Shown piece after piece: positions 29,252 through 38,838 of a DNA stretch of 64,000 nucleotides. The notes under the pieces are model-generated. The model saw nothing but the letters and a program-made list of their open reading frames with translations. It was not told the DNA's origin and did not search any database. The stretch comes from Dehalococcoidia bacterium (lineage in GTDB: Bacteria; Chloroflexota; Dehalococcoidia; Lucifugimonadales; UBA2962), in the NCBI GenBank assembly GCA_965116605.1, contig OZ220697.1, positions 10,956-74,955 of the forward strand, written 5' to 3'. Made by a program: the position numbers and the translations under genes. Each line of letters starts with the position of its first letter. Within the stretch, counting starts at the first letter, position 1.

Positions 29252-29267
29252 AGACGATTCCCTTTGC

Positions 29268-30494
29268 CTAGCCGGCTGCGAGGAACTCCGCCCAGGCGTC
29301 CTGGAACACCTCTGGCCGGGCGATCGGCCTGAGCAGGGACATCTCCTTAACGATCCCTGTCTCCCGCGCGGCCAGTTTGCGAACGCGCTCTGCGTTCTCG
29401 TCCGACTGCGACTCCAGGATCTCCAGGCACCGTCGGCTGGTGGAGGCCAGCCAGGTGTTGCCGATGATCTTCGCCTGCTGCTCACCCGAGTGGTAGTGCC
29501 TCATCCACTCCCACACCAGGTCGGGATTGTCCTCGAACTGCTTGTTCTTGATCACGCACTGCCCATCGATCCATCCCATCAGGCCGTGGGCTGTGGGGTT
29601 AACGAACTCGATGTCCTCACTGCCGGCGTCAAGGGCGTTCTGGGTGATGTAGTTTCCTGCTATCGCCAGGTAGATCTCCTCGTTGACCAGCGCCCTCGTC
29701 AGTTCGTCGATGTCCTTCCAGATCATCTTGAAATTGCCGCGGCGCTCGATCAGCGTGTCCTTGACCTGCTTTAGCACGTCGTCCGGTATGTCATAGACCT
29801 GCTCGACCGTTCCGTCGTCGAGGGTCTTTTCCGCATGCATGTCGGTGACCTTAAGGCCGGTGACGGCGGGAACGAAGTTGAGCATGTTTCGGTAGAAGGA
29901 GTCGTAGATCGCCACCTTGCCTTCCCACTTCGGATCGAGCAGTTCGGCAAGGCTGTCGGGGCGGGTTACAAACTTGCTGTTGTAGGCGATCGCGTCGGCG
30001 GACCAGGCATGGGGGATCGCCATCTGGCCGCCCGGCACCTGCCAGTCGGACAGGTCTGAGAATTCGGTGAAGTACTCGTCGTAGATATCCCAGTCTTTAA
30101 ACGGGATCGGGACGATGGTGCCCGCGTTCCAGTGGGTGTTGGCCCAGAGGCCGTCGATGAAGACGGTGTCGAAGGCCTCCTTGTTCTGGCGGATCTTGGC
30201 CAGCGCCTCGGGGTTCTCGGTGAAGATCGTGAACTGGGCCGAGCCGCCCGTGGTCTGGTTGAAGTCGTCGTTTACGTTGTCGTTGAGCTTGTCGCCCCAG
30301 GCGAGCACCTTGACTGTGCCGGACAGTCTCTTCTGGTCCCCGCCGGCCCCATCGGAATCGTCGGTCCCGCAGGCGGCGAGGATCTGCGATACAGGACCGG
30401 CCACTGCCACCCCCCCGGCCACTATCGCAACGCGCTTTAGGAAGTCGCGGCGATTCAGGTCCTTGTTGATAAGCTCATCAATCGTGCTTCTCAT
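29268..30494 (-). CDS. ABC substrate-binding lipoprotein, PotD/PotF-like, Tat-exported
   Basis: NRRDFLK twin-arginine motif, lipobox LAAC, AIAYN, SLAELLDPKWEGKVA, WIDG. Confidence 0.85.
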   Translation of the reverse strand: MRSTIDELINKDLNRRDFLKRVAIVAGGVAVAGPVSQILAACGTDDSDGAGGDQKRLSGTVKVLAWGDKLNDNVNDDFNQTTGGSAQFTIFTENPEALAKIRQNKEAFDTVFIDGLWANTHWNAGTIVPIPFKDWDIYDEYFTEFSDLSDWQVPGGQMAIPHAWSADAIAYNSKFVTRPDSLAELLDPKWEGKVAIYDSFYRNMLNFVPAVTGLKVTDMHAEKTLDDGTVEQVYDIPDDVLKQVKDTLIERRGNFKMIWKDIDELTRALVNEEIYLAIAGNYITQNALDAGSEDIEFVNPTAHGLMGWIDGQCVIKNKQFEDNPDLVWEWMRHYHSGEQQAKIIGNTWLASTSRRCLEILESQSDENAERVRKLAARETGIVKEMSLLRPIARPEVFQDAWAEFLAAG

Positions 30495-30609
30495 CTGCTC
30501 AGACCTCCGACGTCTCTAGGGGTGGGTCCTTTCGCACAGCACTACGTTGCCTGACCAGACTGATTAGATTGGTGAACGTACTTTGGTGACGGAACTTACC
30601 AATGTCAAA

Positions 30610-32361
30610 CTAGTGTGTCAAACGGCTAAGACGCGCTGAAATCATTCCCGCATATCGCCATGGCCTGATTATCGCCACCGCTACGATGGCTATTATTCCG
30701 AAAAGCAGCATCGAGCCGGCAGCGTTCACCGTCGGGGAGACGCCGCTCTTTAGGAGGCCGAAGATGTAGATAGGCAGCGTGGTGGTCGTCCCGGTGAGCA
30801 GGAAGGCGACCACGTAGTCGCCGAACGAGACCGTTACCGCCAGGAAGGCGGCAGCGGCGATCGCGGTGAGCATCGGGGGCAGCGTGACCTTGATGAAGCT
30901 CGCAATGGGTCCCGCGCCCAGGTCCCTGGCCGCAGCCTCGGTGTCTCGATCGAAACCGTACTGCTGGGCAAGTATCGTCAGAAACACGAACGGCAGGGCC
31001 AGAGTGGCATGGCCCATCGCAATCGTGTGGAGGGACAGGTCGGTGCCCAGCGCGTCAAGCGTGAGCAGGATCGACATGCCCAGGATGAATTCGGGGATAA
31101 GCATGGGCAGGATGCTCATGAAGATGATCAGGCCCCGCCCGGCCAGTCTGAACCTCGTTATGGCGTAGGCTGCCGGCGCGCTCAGGGCGATCGTGATCCC
31201 TGCGGTCTCCAGGGCGACGTATATGCTGGCCCTGAGCGAGCTCAGCAGTTGCACGCTGTTGGACATGTCCTCCCACCACCTCAGGGAGAATCCCATAAGC
31301 GGCAGCTGGGCAAGGGTGTTGGACTCAAACGAGAAGAATACGAGACTGACGATGGGCATGTAGGTAATGGCGATGATCAGCACTGTGTAGCCCAACAGCC
31401 ACGTATTACGGCGGGAGGCGGTCCTGGCTATGTTGGAGCCGATGCCCGCCCTGTATATGTTCTCGATGTTCAGACCCCGGCGCAGGACGTAGACCAGCAC
31501 CATCAGGATGATGATTATCGGGACTACGATCGCACCGCCCTTGGCGAAATTTAGTCCCGTCTTGACCACCGGCATAAGCACGCTGGCCAGCAGCGCCCCG
31601 TCCGTGCCTCCCAGCATGTTGGGTGTGACGTAGAGGGCCAGCGCAGGCATGAAGACCAACAGGGCGGCCGTCTGGTACGCGGACGAGGAAAGCGGGAAGA
31701 TCACCTTCAGGAAGGTGCGCAGGCGGCTGTAGCCCAGATCCATTGCGCCCTCTTCCAATTCCGAGCTTATGTTGCCCATGCTCCCGTAGAGCACCAGGAG
31801 GGCTATCGGTATAAAGAGTGTGATCCCGACGGCGGCGACCAGGAAGACCGTGAACAGCATCTGCAGTGGCTCGAGGCCCAGCGCCGTTCCGACCGTGTTG
31901 AAAACGCCCTTGTTGTTGACCAGGCTCATCCAAGCGTAGTTGCGGACAACGATGTTCATCCACAGGGGCAGTACGGCCACGAGCACGAGAAGAAGGCCGA
32001 CGCGCCTGCGGGCTATCCGCGCCAGGTAGTAGGCCATGGGCGAGGCGATTGCCAGCGAGACCACGGTTATGACCAGACTCACCAGGACGGTCTTGCCAAA
32101 CAGCTTGGCGAACTGTGGAGAGCTGACCAGGTTCTGGTAGTTCTTTACAGTCCAGGGCAGGTCGGTGTTGTAGTAGTCGTAGGTCTGGAAGCTGAAGGCG
32201 ACCGTAAAGCCGAACGGAACGGCGACAAAGAAGACAATCCACCCGATGAGGGGCAGGGCCGGCAGGGTCGGAAGCGTTCGGTCGAAGAGGCGAGCGTAGG
32301 CCGGAAGCCTTAGCGCCGACAGGCCAGCCGAGGCAAAGGGAATGGACCTTGCTAGGGCCAC
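30610..32361 (-). CDS. Fused double ABC permease (PotB+PotC-like)
   Basis: Two transmembrane domains with two EAA loops (LEEGAMDLG, TEAAARDLGA), LPLWMNIVVRNYAW, TTLPIYI. Confidence 0.88.
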   Translation of the reverse strand: MALARSIPFASAGLSALRLPAYARLFDRTLPTLPALPLIGWIVFFVAVPFGFTVAFSFQTYDYYNTDLPWTVKNYQNLVSSPQFAKLFGKTVLVSLVITVVSLAIASPMAYYLARIARRRVGLLLVLVAVLPLWMNIVVRNYAWMSLVNNKGVFNTVGTALGLEPLQMLFTVFLVAAVGITLFIPIALLVLYGSMGNISSELEEGAMDLGYSRLRTFLKVIFPLSSSAYQTAALLVFMPALALYVTPNMLGGTDGALLASVLMPVVKTGLNFAKGGAIVVPIIIILMVLVYVLRRGLNIENIYRAGIGSNIARTASRRNTWLLGYTVLIIAITYMPIVSLVFFSFESNTLAQLPLMGFSLRWWEDMSNSVQLLSSLRASIYVALETAGITIALSAPAAYAITRFRLAGRGLIIFMSILPMLIPEFILGMSILLTLDALGTDLSLHTIAMGHATLALPFVFLTILAQQYGFDRDTEAAARDLGAGPIASFIKVTLPPMLTAIAAAAFLAVTVSFGDYVVAFLLTGTTTTLPIYIFGLLKSGVSPTVNAAGSMLLFGIIAIVAVAIIRPWRYAGMISARLSRLTH

Positions 32362-32679
32362 CGCGCACCCCCTTGAGACCTTCCGAGGCTGCCTGTCTTC
32401 TTGGGGATGGAGCCTGGGGCGCGTCCGTCGGGTCCGAGCAATGCGGCCGAACTATCCCCCTCCTTCCCTGGAGTCAGGATGTCCACCGCCCCGATGGACC
32501 CATAAGGCTGTGCCATTTTTCGGCCCCTGACCGTTTACGCTAGTCGAGCCCTGGTCGCTCCCGGTCCCTAACCTGGAGAGCTGAATTGTCAGCAGTTGGG
32601 GGGCTTGGTTAGGTGTCTCGACGGCCCTGCGCCCTCCAACCGTTTACGGTCGCCCGGAGCCGCCCCGAGAGTGGACCGG

Positions 32680-32709
32680 AAGCTAGCAGATCCGGCCGAG
32701 AAATGTCAA
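32680..32709 (-). promoter_or_regulatory. Sigma70-type promoter upstream of the fused permease (leader about 310 nt)
   Basis: TTGACA-N18-TAGCTT on the minus strand; same hexamers as the lexA promoter. Confidence 0.5.
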
Positions 32710-33027
32710 CGAACAGATTCCCATGGAACGCTGTGGATAGCGGCCGATCGGAGACCGGGTTCCCGGGTGCATCGATGTCTTCGCCTCGTGGGTTACGAAT
32801 TCATAGCGATCCAGCCCGGACAGGGCCGTCGGGACAAGGGAGAAAGGTACGGGGGCGAGGGTCAATTCGCCTTTGAGGAGGAGGGGCTCCTGCGCGCCGC
32901 ATCCTTTGCCGACGCTCACTCGGCAGTCGTTGACGACGCGCCCGGGGCCGGTCGCCTGGAAGTTCTAAGAGCCGCAGACCGTTCGGCGCCCCAGCTGCGG
33001 GCCGTAACGCCTGCGGAAAGCCGGCAG

Positions 33028-33225
33028 CTAGGCCTTACTCTCGGTCTTTTCCTCGGTCGAGTTGACCGTTTCAGCCTTCTCGTCGTCGCCGGTGACCGAT
33101 CTCTTGAACGAACGTATCGACTTGCCCAGCGCGCCTCCGATCTCAGGTAGACGCCCGACACCGAATACGATCATGACGATCACCAGGATGATGATTAGCT
33201 CGGTAGGCCCTATTCGAAACGGCAT
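33028..33225 (-). CDS. tatA: Twin-arginine translocase subunit TatA
   Basis: GPTELIIILVIVMIVFGVGRLPEIGGALGKSIRSFK; SD AGGAGG. Confidence 0.93.
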   Translation of the reverse strand: MPFRIGPTELIIILVIVMIVFGVGRLPEIGGALGKSIRSFKRSVTGDDEKAETVNSTEEKTESKA

Positions 33226-33396
33226 CTGTTTCCTCCTGCGCGCCTAGGCCACGCGGCATAGGAATGATACCGCCGCGCAGGATACCGGTCAACGGAGATC
33301 CCGCGCCGGTAAGCCGGCAGCGATAGGTGTAGATGGGCCCGCTCGTAGCGAGAAAGGTGGCCTTTCGCCAGGGCGTACGGTCGACCTAACGTGTGT

Positions 33397-34041
33397 CTAG
33401 TTGACCGAGCGTATGACGCCGACGACGCGACCCTGCACGGACACCTTGTCTGCCGGGACGTAAATGGGGTCCATGGACGGATTTGCGGGCTGAAGACGGA
33501 CCCGCCCGTTCTCGAGGAAGAAACGCTTAAGAGTCACCTCCTCGTTGTCGCGCAGCCAGGCGGCCACCATGTCGCCGTCGGAGGCGTTCTCGATCGGCTC
33601 GAGCAGGACCAGGTCTCCGTCCGTGATGAGGGCATCGATCATGGACTGGCCCTTGACCCGTACCCCGAACACGTTTTCCTTGCCCCTCGTAAGGAAAGTG
33701 GGCAGGTCCATCGTCTCGGTGTTCTCGTTGTTCCAGGTGTCCTGTGTCGGCACCGGCAGCGGCTCTCCCGCTGCTATGTTGCTCAGGATGGGTATCGTGA
33801 CCACGTTTGGCGCGCTGCGCCTGGCGGTACCGAGCAGCTCGATGCCGCGCGAGACCTCGTTTTGCCTCTTGAGGAAACCCTCGCGCTGCAGGATGCGGAG
33901 GTTGTAGTCGACGACCGAGGTGGAACTGATCTCGCACCCGGTCTGTATATCCCTTACGGTGGGAGGATAGTGGTGCTCGTCCAGAAAGAGCTGGATGAAC
34001 TCCAGGATACGTTTTTGCTTCTCAGACAGCTTCTTGGCCAT
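33397..34041 (-). CDS. lexA: SOS repressor LexA
   Basis: YPPTVRDI HTH, SRGIEL, AAG.P cleavage site, GQSMID, VTLKRF. Confidence 0.96.
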   Translation of the reverse strand: MAKKLSEKQKRILEFIQLFLDEHHYPPTVRDIQTGCEISSTSVVDYNLRILQREGFLKRQNEVSRGIELLGTARRSAPNVVTIPILSNIAAGEPLPVPTQDTWNNENTETMDLPTFLTRGKENVFGVRVKGQSMIDALITDGDLVLLEPIENASDGDMVAAWLRDNEEVTLKRFFLENGRVRLQPANPSMDPIYVPADKVSVQGRVVGVIRSVN

Positions 34042-34053
34042 CGTGGATTCTCC

Positions 34054-34101
34054 GCACGTATGTTCCGGTCAAAAGCTAGCACTATCGTTCTTATGTGTCA
34101 A
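34054..34101 (-). promoter_or_regulatory. lexA promoter with two LexA boxes (34054-34065, 34079-34090)
   Basis: TTGACA-N17-TAGCTT; GAACGATAGTGC in the spacer and GAACATACGTGC downstream of the -10. Confidence 0.82.
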
Positions 34102-34144
34102 GGCGTTGACAACCCTCCCGCCCCGGAATTAGGGTGGCGCCGCT

Positions 34145-35119
34145 ATGAGATTCGGCTTTGTGGTTCCGAACAGAGGGCCCCTGGCAAACCGCGCCGGGGC
34201 GACCGAGCTGGCGCGTCGGGGGGAGGAGCACGGCTTCGACTTTATCGGGGTCTCCGATCACATCGTCATCCCCCGGTCGATAGCATCCCGCTACCCGTAC
34301 TCGGACTCGGGAGAATTCCCCGGCGACGAGATCGTCGGCCAGTGTCTGGAGCAGTTGACGACGCTGAGCTTTCTGGCGGGCGCAACCACCCGCGCGCGTC
34401 TGCTCACGACGGTGATGGTGGTTCCATACAGGGCGGCGGTGCACGCCGCCAAGGCCATCGCGACTATAGACGTGCTGTCCGGCGGTCGGCTCGACCTTGG
34501 CATCGGGGCCGGATGGATGAGGGAGGAGTTTGAGGCGCTGGGGGCTCCGTCGTACGAGCGGCGCGGCAGGGTGACGGACGAATACATCGCCGCCTTCAAG
34601 GAGCTGTGGACCTCTTCGAACCCGGAGTTTGGCGGCGACTACGTCAGCTTCTCGTCCATCGCCTTTGAGCCCAAGCCGGTCCAGAAACCCCATCCGCCCA
34701 TATGGACCGGCGGAGAGAGCCCGCCGGCGCTGAGGCGCGCCGGGCGGATTGCGGACACCTGGTACCCCATAGGCAATAACCCGAACTATCGTCTCGGAAC
34801 CCCGCAGAAGCTGGCCGAGTACTACGGGCGGGTCAAAGGGCACGCAGAGGATGCGGGCCGCGACCCCGAGTCGGTTTCCCTCGCCTATGCTGCGAGCTGG
34901 TACGACGAGCGCCGGGCCCGTCACACCGAAGACGGGGAGAGGGTGATATTGACCGGAGAGCCCGAGCAGATCGCGGGCGACATCCGGGAGCTAGCCGATG
35001 TTGGCGTCAAGAACATCTTGATCGATGTCCTCGGGTTTGACCTGCTGACCACTTCCACCGCCGGGTCCGTGGAGCGAATGGACTACTTCGCGCGCGAGAT
35101 CAGGCCTCTCGTCGACTAG
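34145..35119 (+). CDS. LLM-class (probably F420-dependent) oxidoreductase
   Basis: SDHIVIP, ATIDVLSGGRLDLGIGAGWMREEF, PKPVQKPHPPIW; TTGACA-N18-TAGGGT upstream. Confidence 0.92.
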   Translation: MRFGFVVPNRGPLANRAGATELARRGEEHGFDFIGVSDHIVIPRSIASRYPYSDSGEFPGDEIVGQCLEQLTTLSFLAGATTRARLLTTVMVVPYRAAVHAAKAIATIDVLSGGRLDLGIGAGWMREEFEALGAPSYERRGRVTDEYIAAFKELWTSSNPEFGGDYVSFSSIAFEPKPVQKPHPPIWTGGESPPALRRAGRIADTWYPIGNNPNYRLGTPQKLAEYYGRVKGHAEDAGRDPESVSLAYAASWYDERRARHTEDGERVILTGEPEQIAGDIRELADVGVKNILIDVLGFDLLTTSTAGSVERMDYFAREIRPLVD

Positions 35120-35131
35120 ATTGGCGGGTTC

Positions 35132-36124
35132 TTGAGGTACGGTTTGGAGGTGCCGGCGACCGGCGCCCTCGCCGGCCCCGAAGCCCTGGCCCGGGTCGCC
35201 CGGCATGGAGAGGAACTTGGCTTTGACCATCTCGCCGTCGGTGACCACATCGTAATTCCCCGCGATATCTCCTCGCGCTACCCGTACACCGAGTCCGGCG
35301 AATTCGCCGGCGAGTGGGCGCACACCGAGGAGTCAAGCGGCACCGGCATCATGTTCGAGCAGCTTACCGTGCTCGCCTATCTCGCGGCCCTGACAGAGAG
35401 AATCAGACTGCTGACGTCGGTTACGGTTCTTCCCTACCGGGAGCCGCTGCTGACGGCGAAGATAATGGCGACGATAGACGTGCTGTCGGAAGGCAGGCTG
35501 GATGTCGGCTGCGGCGCAGGTTGGATGGAGGAGGAGTTCATAGCTCTTCAGTCGCCCCCGTTCGCAAGGCGCGGCGCTGTCACCAACGAGTACATCCTTG
35601 CCCTAAGGGAACTTTGGACCTCTTCGAACCCGGAGTTTTCCGGGGAGTACGTGAGCTTTGCCGGGATCGCCTTTGAGCCAAGGCCGGTGCAGGTACCCTG
35701 CCCGCCCATCTGGGTCGGCGGAGAGAGCCCGCCCGCGGTGCGTCGAGCCGCCCGCCACGCCGACGTGTGGTACCCGTTCGGCAACAATCCACGCCACCGC
35801 CTTGACTCGGTTGAAAGGCTCAGGCAGGGCATCGGTCGTCTCCGCCATGAAACGGAGAAGGCAGGACGCCGCGCAGACTCGGTTAGAATCGCCTACAGCG
35901 CCGAGATGTTCTATTCCGATGGCGGGCCGCAGTACGAGCCCGATGGCACGCGTCGACTTCTCACCGGGGAGCCGGCCCAGGTCGCGGAGGACATCGCGGC
36001 GCTGGCCGATCTGGGCGTCGAGCACCTGATGCTCGACTACGAGGGGGCCAGCATAGACGAGACCCTGGCGCGCATGGATCGGTTCGCCGCCGGGGTCAGG
36101 CCGCTGGTGGGAAAGACCGTCTAG
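35132..36124 (+). CDS. LLM-class (probably F420-dependent) oxidoreductase, tandem paralog
   Basis: GDHIVIP, ATIDVLSEGRLDVGCGAGWMEEEF, PRPVQ..PPIW. Confidence 0.92.
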   Translation: MRYGLEVPATGALAGPEALARVARHGEELGFDHLAVGDHIVIPRDISSRYPYTESGEFAGEWAHTEESSGTGIMFEQLTVLAYLAALTERIRLLTSVTVLPYREPLLTAKIMATIDVLSEGRLDVGCGAGWMEEEFIALQSPPFARRGAVTNEYILALRELWTSSNPEFSGEYVSFAGIAFEPRPVQVPCPPIWVGGESPPAVRRAARHADVWYPFGNNPRHRLDSVERLRQGIGRLRHETEKAGRRADSVRIAYSAEMFYSDGGPQYEPDGTRRLLTGEPAQVAEDIAALADLGVEHLMLDYEGASIDETLARMDRFAAGVRPLVGKTV

Positions 36125-36163
36125 GGCGGCCTCAACCCGGCTGGCAGGCGAGATGCGCACATC

Positions 36164-37204
36164 ATGAGAGCAGTCTACTTCGAACGACACGGCCCGCCCG
36201 ACGTGCTGACGCTGGGCGAACGGCCCGATCCGAGGCCCGGACCCAACGACGTGCTGGTCCGCGTCAGGGCCTGCGCCCTTAACAGGCTAGATCTGTACAC
36301 GAGGGCCGGCCAGCGCGGCACCCGGCTTTCGCTCGGCGAGCCCCATATCCTCGGCGGCGACATCGCAGGTGACGTGGTCGAGGTCGGAGGTGAGGTGGAG
36401 CGCGTAGCCACGGGAGACCGGGTCGTCGTGAACCCGACGCTCAACTGCCGCCAGTGCACGGTGTGCCTGGCCGGTGAGACCGAGCTCTGCGAGCGGCGAG
36501 GCATGATCGGTTCGACGGTCAATGGTGGCTACGCGGAGCTTGCCGTAGTTCCTGCCGACAACTGCGTGACATTCCAGGACGGGCTTTCGTATGAGCAGGC
36601 GGCGTCTCTTCCGACGGTGTTTCTGCCCTGCTGGTCGATACTTGTGCGCCGCGGCCGGCTGAGGCCGTGGGAGACTGCGCTGATTCTCTCAGCGTCCAGC
36701 GGGGTCGGTACGGCCGGGATTCAGGTGGCCAAGCGCGTCATCGGGGCCCGGGTCATCACAACAACCAGCACCGAAGAGAAGGCGGAAAGGGCGCGTGAGC
36801 TCGGGGCGGATGAGGTGATCGTCTATGGACGGGAGAGCATCGCCGACCGTGTGAGGGAGCTGACGGCCGGCCGCGGGGTTGACGTGGTCATCGACCACGT
36901 GGGCGCCGATTTCTGGCAGGATGCCTCGCGGTCTCTGGCGACCGGGGGCCGATATGGCATCTGCGGGGCAACCACGGGCCTGAAGGTGGAACTGCAGGTG
37001 GGATTGCTGTTCGTGCGCAACCAGAGCGTCTTCGGGGTCTTCATGGGCCGCACGGCGGATCTAGTCCGAATCATCGATCTGGCCGCACGCGGCACGATCA
37101 AGGGCGTCATCGCTGCGAACCTTCCGTTGGAGGAGGCGCAGGAGGCCCACCGACTGATGGAGAAGACGAACTTCTTCGGCAAGATCGTGCTGACGGTTCC
37201 CTAG
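36164..37204 (+). CDS. Zinc-binding MDR-family dehydrogenase/quinone oxidoreductase
   Basis: ALNRLD, structural Zn CRQCTVC..C, ASSGVG, FFGKIVL. Confidence 0.9.
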   Translation: MRAVYFERHGPPDVLTLGERPDPRPGPNDVLVRVRACALNRLDLYTRAGQRGTRLSLGEPHILGGDIAGDVVEVGGEVERVATGDRVVVNPTLNCRQCTVCLAGETELCERRGMIGSTVNGGYAELAVVPADNCVTFQDGLSYEQAASLPTVFLPCWSILVRRGRLRPWETALILSASSGVGTAGIQVAKRVIGARVITTTSTEEKAERARELGADEVIVYGRESIADRVRELTAGRGVDVVIDHVGADFWQDASRSLATGGRYGICGATTGLKVELQVGLLFVRNQSVFGVFMGRTADLVRIIDLAARGTIKGVIAANLPLEEAQEAHRLMEKTNFFGKIVLTVP

Positions 37205-37289
37205 AGATTACCCGGCTATGGCCGGTGCCGCCGGCCGGCTGGCACTGCCGGGCCGTGCAGGTTAGGATGCCATCGAGATCGCACCGAGT

Positions 37290-38057
37290 GTGATGGACAT
37301 GGGCGAGTTCGAGGGAAAGACAGTGCTGGTTACCGGCGCGGGCTCCGGAATAGGGCGGGCGACCGCGCTCGTCTTTGCCCGAGAGGGGGCGAGGGTCGCC
37401 TGCTCGGACATCGACGCCGGGTCGGGTGAGCAGACGGTGCTCATGATCGAGGACGTTGGCGGGCAGGCATCGTTCTTTTACGCCGATGTTGCCGTCTCCG
37501 CGGACGTTGAGGCCCTGGTAGGGGCGGTGGTCGAGCGCTACGGGCGGCTCGACATTGCCTACAACAACGCCGGCATAGGGGGCCTGGGAAAGTCCACCGA
37601 CCAGCACACGCTCGACGATTTCGAGCGAACCATGGCGGTCAACACCAAGGGCGTGTTCCTCGGCATGAAGTACCAGATTCCACAGATGCTGGCCCAGGGC
37701 GGCGGGGTGATAGTCAACACCGCCTCGATGGCGGGCCTGGTGGGCATGGCGGGCATCAGCGCCTACGTGGCCTCCAAGCACGCTGTAGTAGGCCTGACTC
37801 GCTCGGCGGCGCTGGAGTATGCGGACAAGGGTATCCGGATCAATTGCATCTGCCCGGGCATCATTCGGACCCCGATCAACCAGAAGTTCTGGGACAAGTT
37901 TCCCGAAGCCGAGGAGGAATGGCTCCCGATGGAACCCATCGGCAGGTACGGAGAGCCCGAGGAGGTTGCAGAGGTGGTGGCCTGGCTTTCATCCGACGAC
38001 GCCTCCTTCGTCCACGGCCACGCGATGACGGTTGATGGCGCGGCGACCGCCCAGTAG
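37290..38057 (+). CDS. Short-chain dehydrogenase/reductase
   Basis: [20 protein letters not shown]. Confidence 0.93.
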   Translation: MMDMGEFEGKTVLVTGAGSGIGRATALVFAREGARVACSDIDAGSGEQTVLMIEDVGGQASFFYADVAVSADVEALVGAVVERYGRLDIAYNNAGIGGLGKSTDQHTLDDFERTMAVNTKGVFLGMKYQIPQMLAQGGGVIVNTASMAGLVGMAGISAYVASKHAVVGLTRSAALEYADKGIRINCICPGIIRTPINQKFWDKFPEAEEEWLPMEPIGRYGEPEEVAEVVAWLSSDDASFVHGHAMTVDGAATAQ

Positions 38058-38071
38058 GTGACACCCAGGGG

Positions 38072-38836
38072 ATGAGCGGCCAGGAGTTTTCTGACAGGGT
38101 GGCTCTCGTGACCGGCGCCTCGGCCGGGATCGGGCGGGCGGCGGCGCTTCGCTTTGCCCGGGGAGGGGCTGCGGTCGTCTGTTCGGACATCGCCGATGAA
38201 GGTGGACACGAAACGGTATCCCAGCTGGCCGCGCTGGGGGCCGACGCCTGCTTTGTGCACGCCGATGTCTCTTCGGAATCCGACGTCGCCGCGCTCGTCG
38301 ACGCCGTGACGGACCGCTACGGCAGGCTGGACATCGCCTTTAACAACGCCGGAATAGGCCTGTTCGACAGGACCATCGATCAGCATTCGGAAGAGCAGTA
38401 CGACCTCCTCATGGCGGTCAACTCCACGGGCGTGTTCCTGTGCATGAAGTACGAGATCCCCGCCATGCTGAAGGGAGGTGGTGGTTGCATCGTCAACACG
38501 GCCTCCGGTGCGGGTCTGGTGGGGGCCAAGGGCTTGTCCGTCTATTCGGCGACCAAGCACGCCGTGGTGGGCATGACCAAGTCAGCGGCCCTCGAGTACG
38601 CGCGCCAGGGCATTCGGGTCAACTGCGTTGCGCCGGGACTCATCGACACCGAGATCAACCGGCCCTTCTGGGACGCCAACCCCGAGCTTTACGACGAGTG
38701 GAAGAGCATCCCGCCGATGGGCCGCTACGGCACCGCGGCGGAGGTCGCCGAGGTAGTCGCCTGGCTGTGCACCGACGATGCCGCATTCGTGCACGGCCAC
38801 GCGATGTCGGTAGACGCCGGGTTGCTCGCGCAGTAG
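38072..38836 (+). CDS. Short-chain dehydrogenase/reductase
   Basis: TGASAGIG, NNAG, YSATK, APG. Confidence 0.93.
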   Translation: MSGQEFSDRVALVTGASAGIGRAAALRFARGGAAVVCSDIADEGGHETVSQLAALGADACFVHADVSSESDVAALVDAVTDRYGRLDIAFNNAGIGLFDRTIDQHSEEQYDLLMAVNSTGVFLCMKYEIPAMLKGGGGCIVNTASGAGLVGAKGLSVYSATKHAVVGMTKSAALEYARQGIRVNCVAPGLIDTEINRPFWDANPELYDEWKSIPPMGRYGTAAEVAEVVAWLCTDDAAFVHGHAMSVDAGLLAQ

Positions 38837-38838
38837 CC

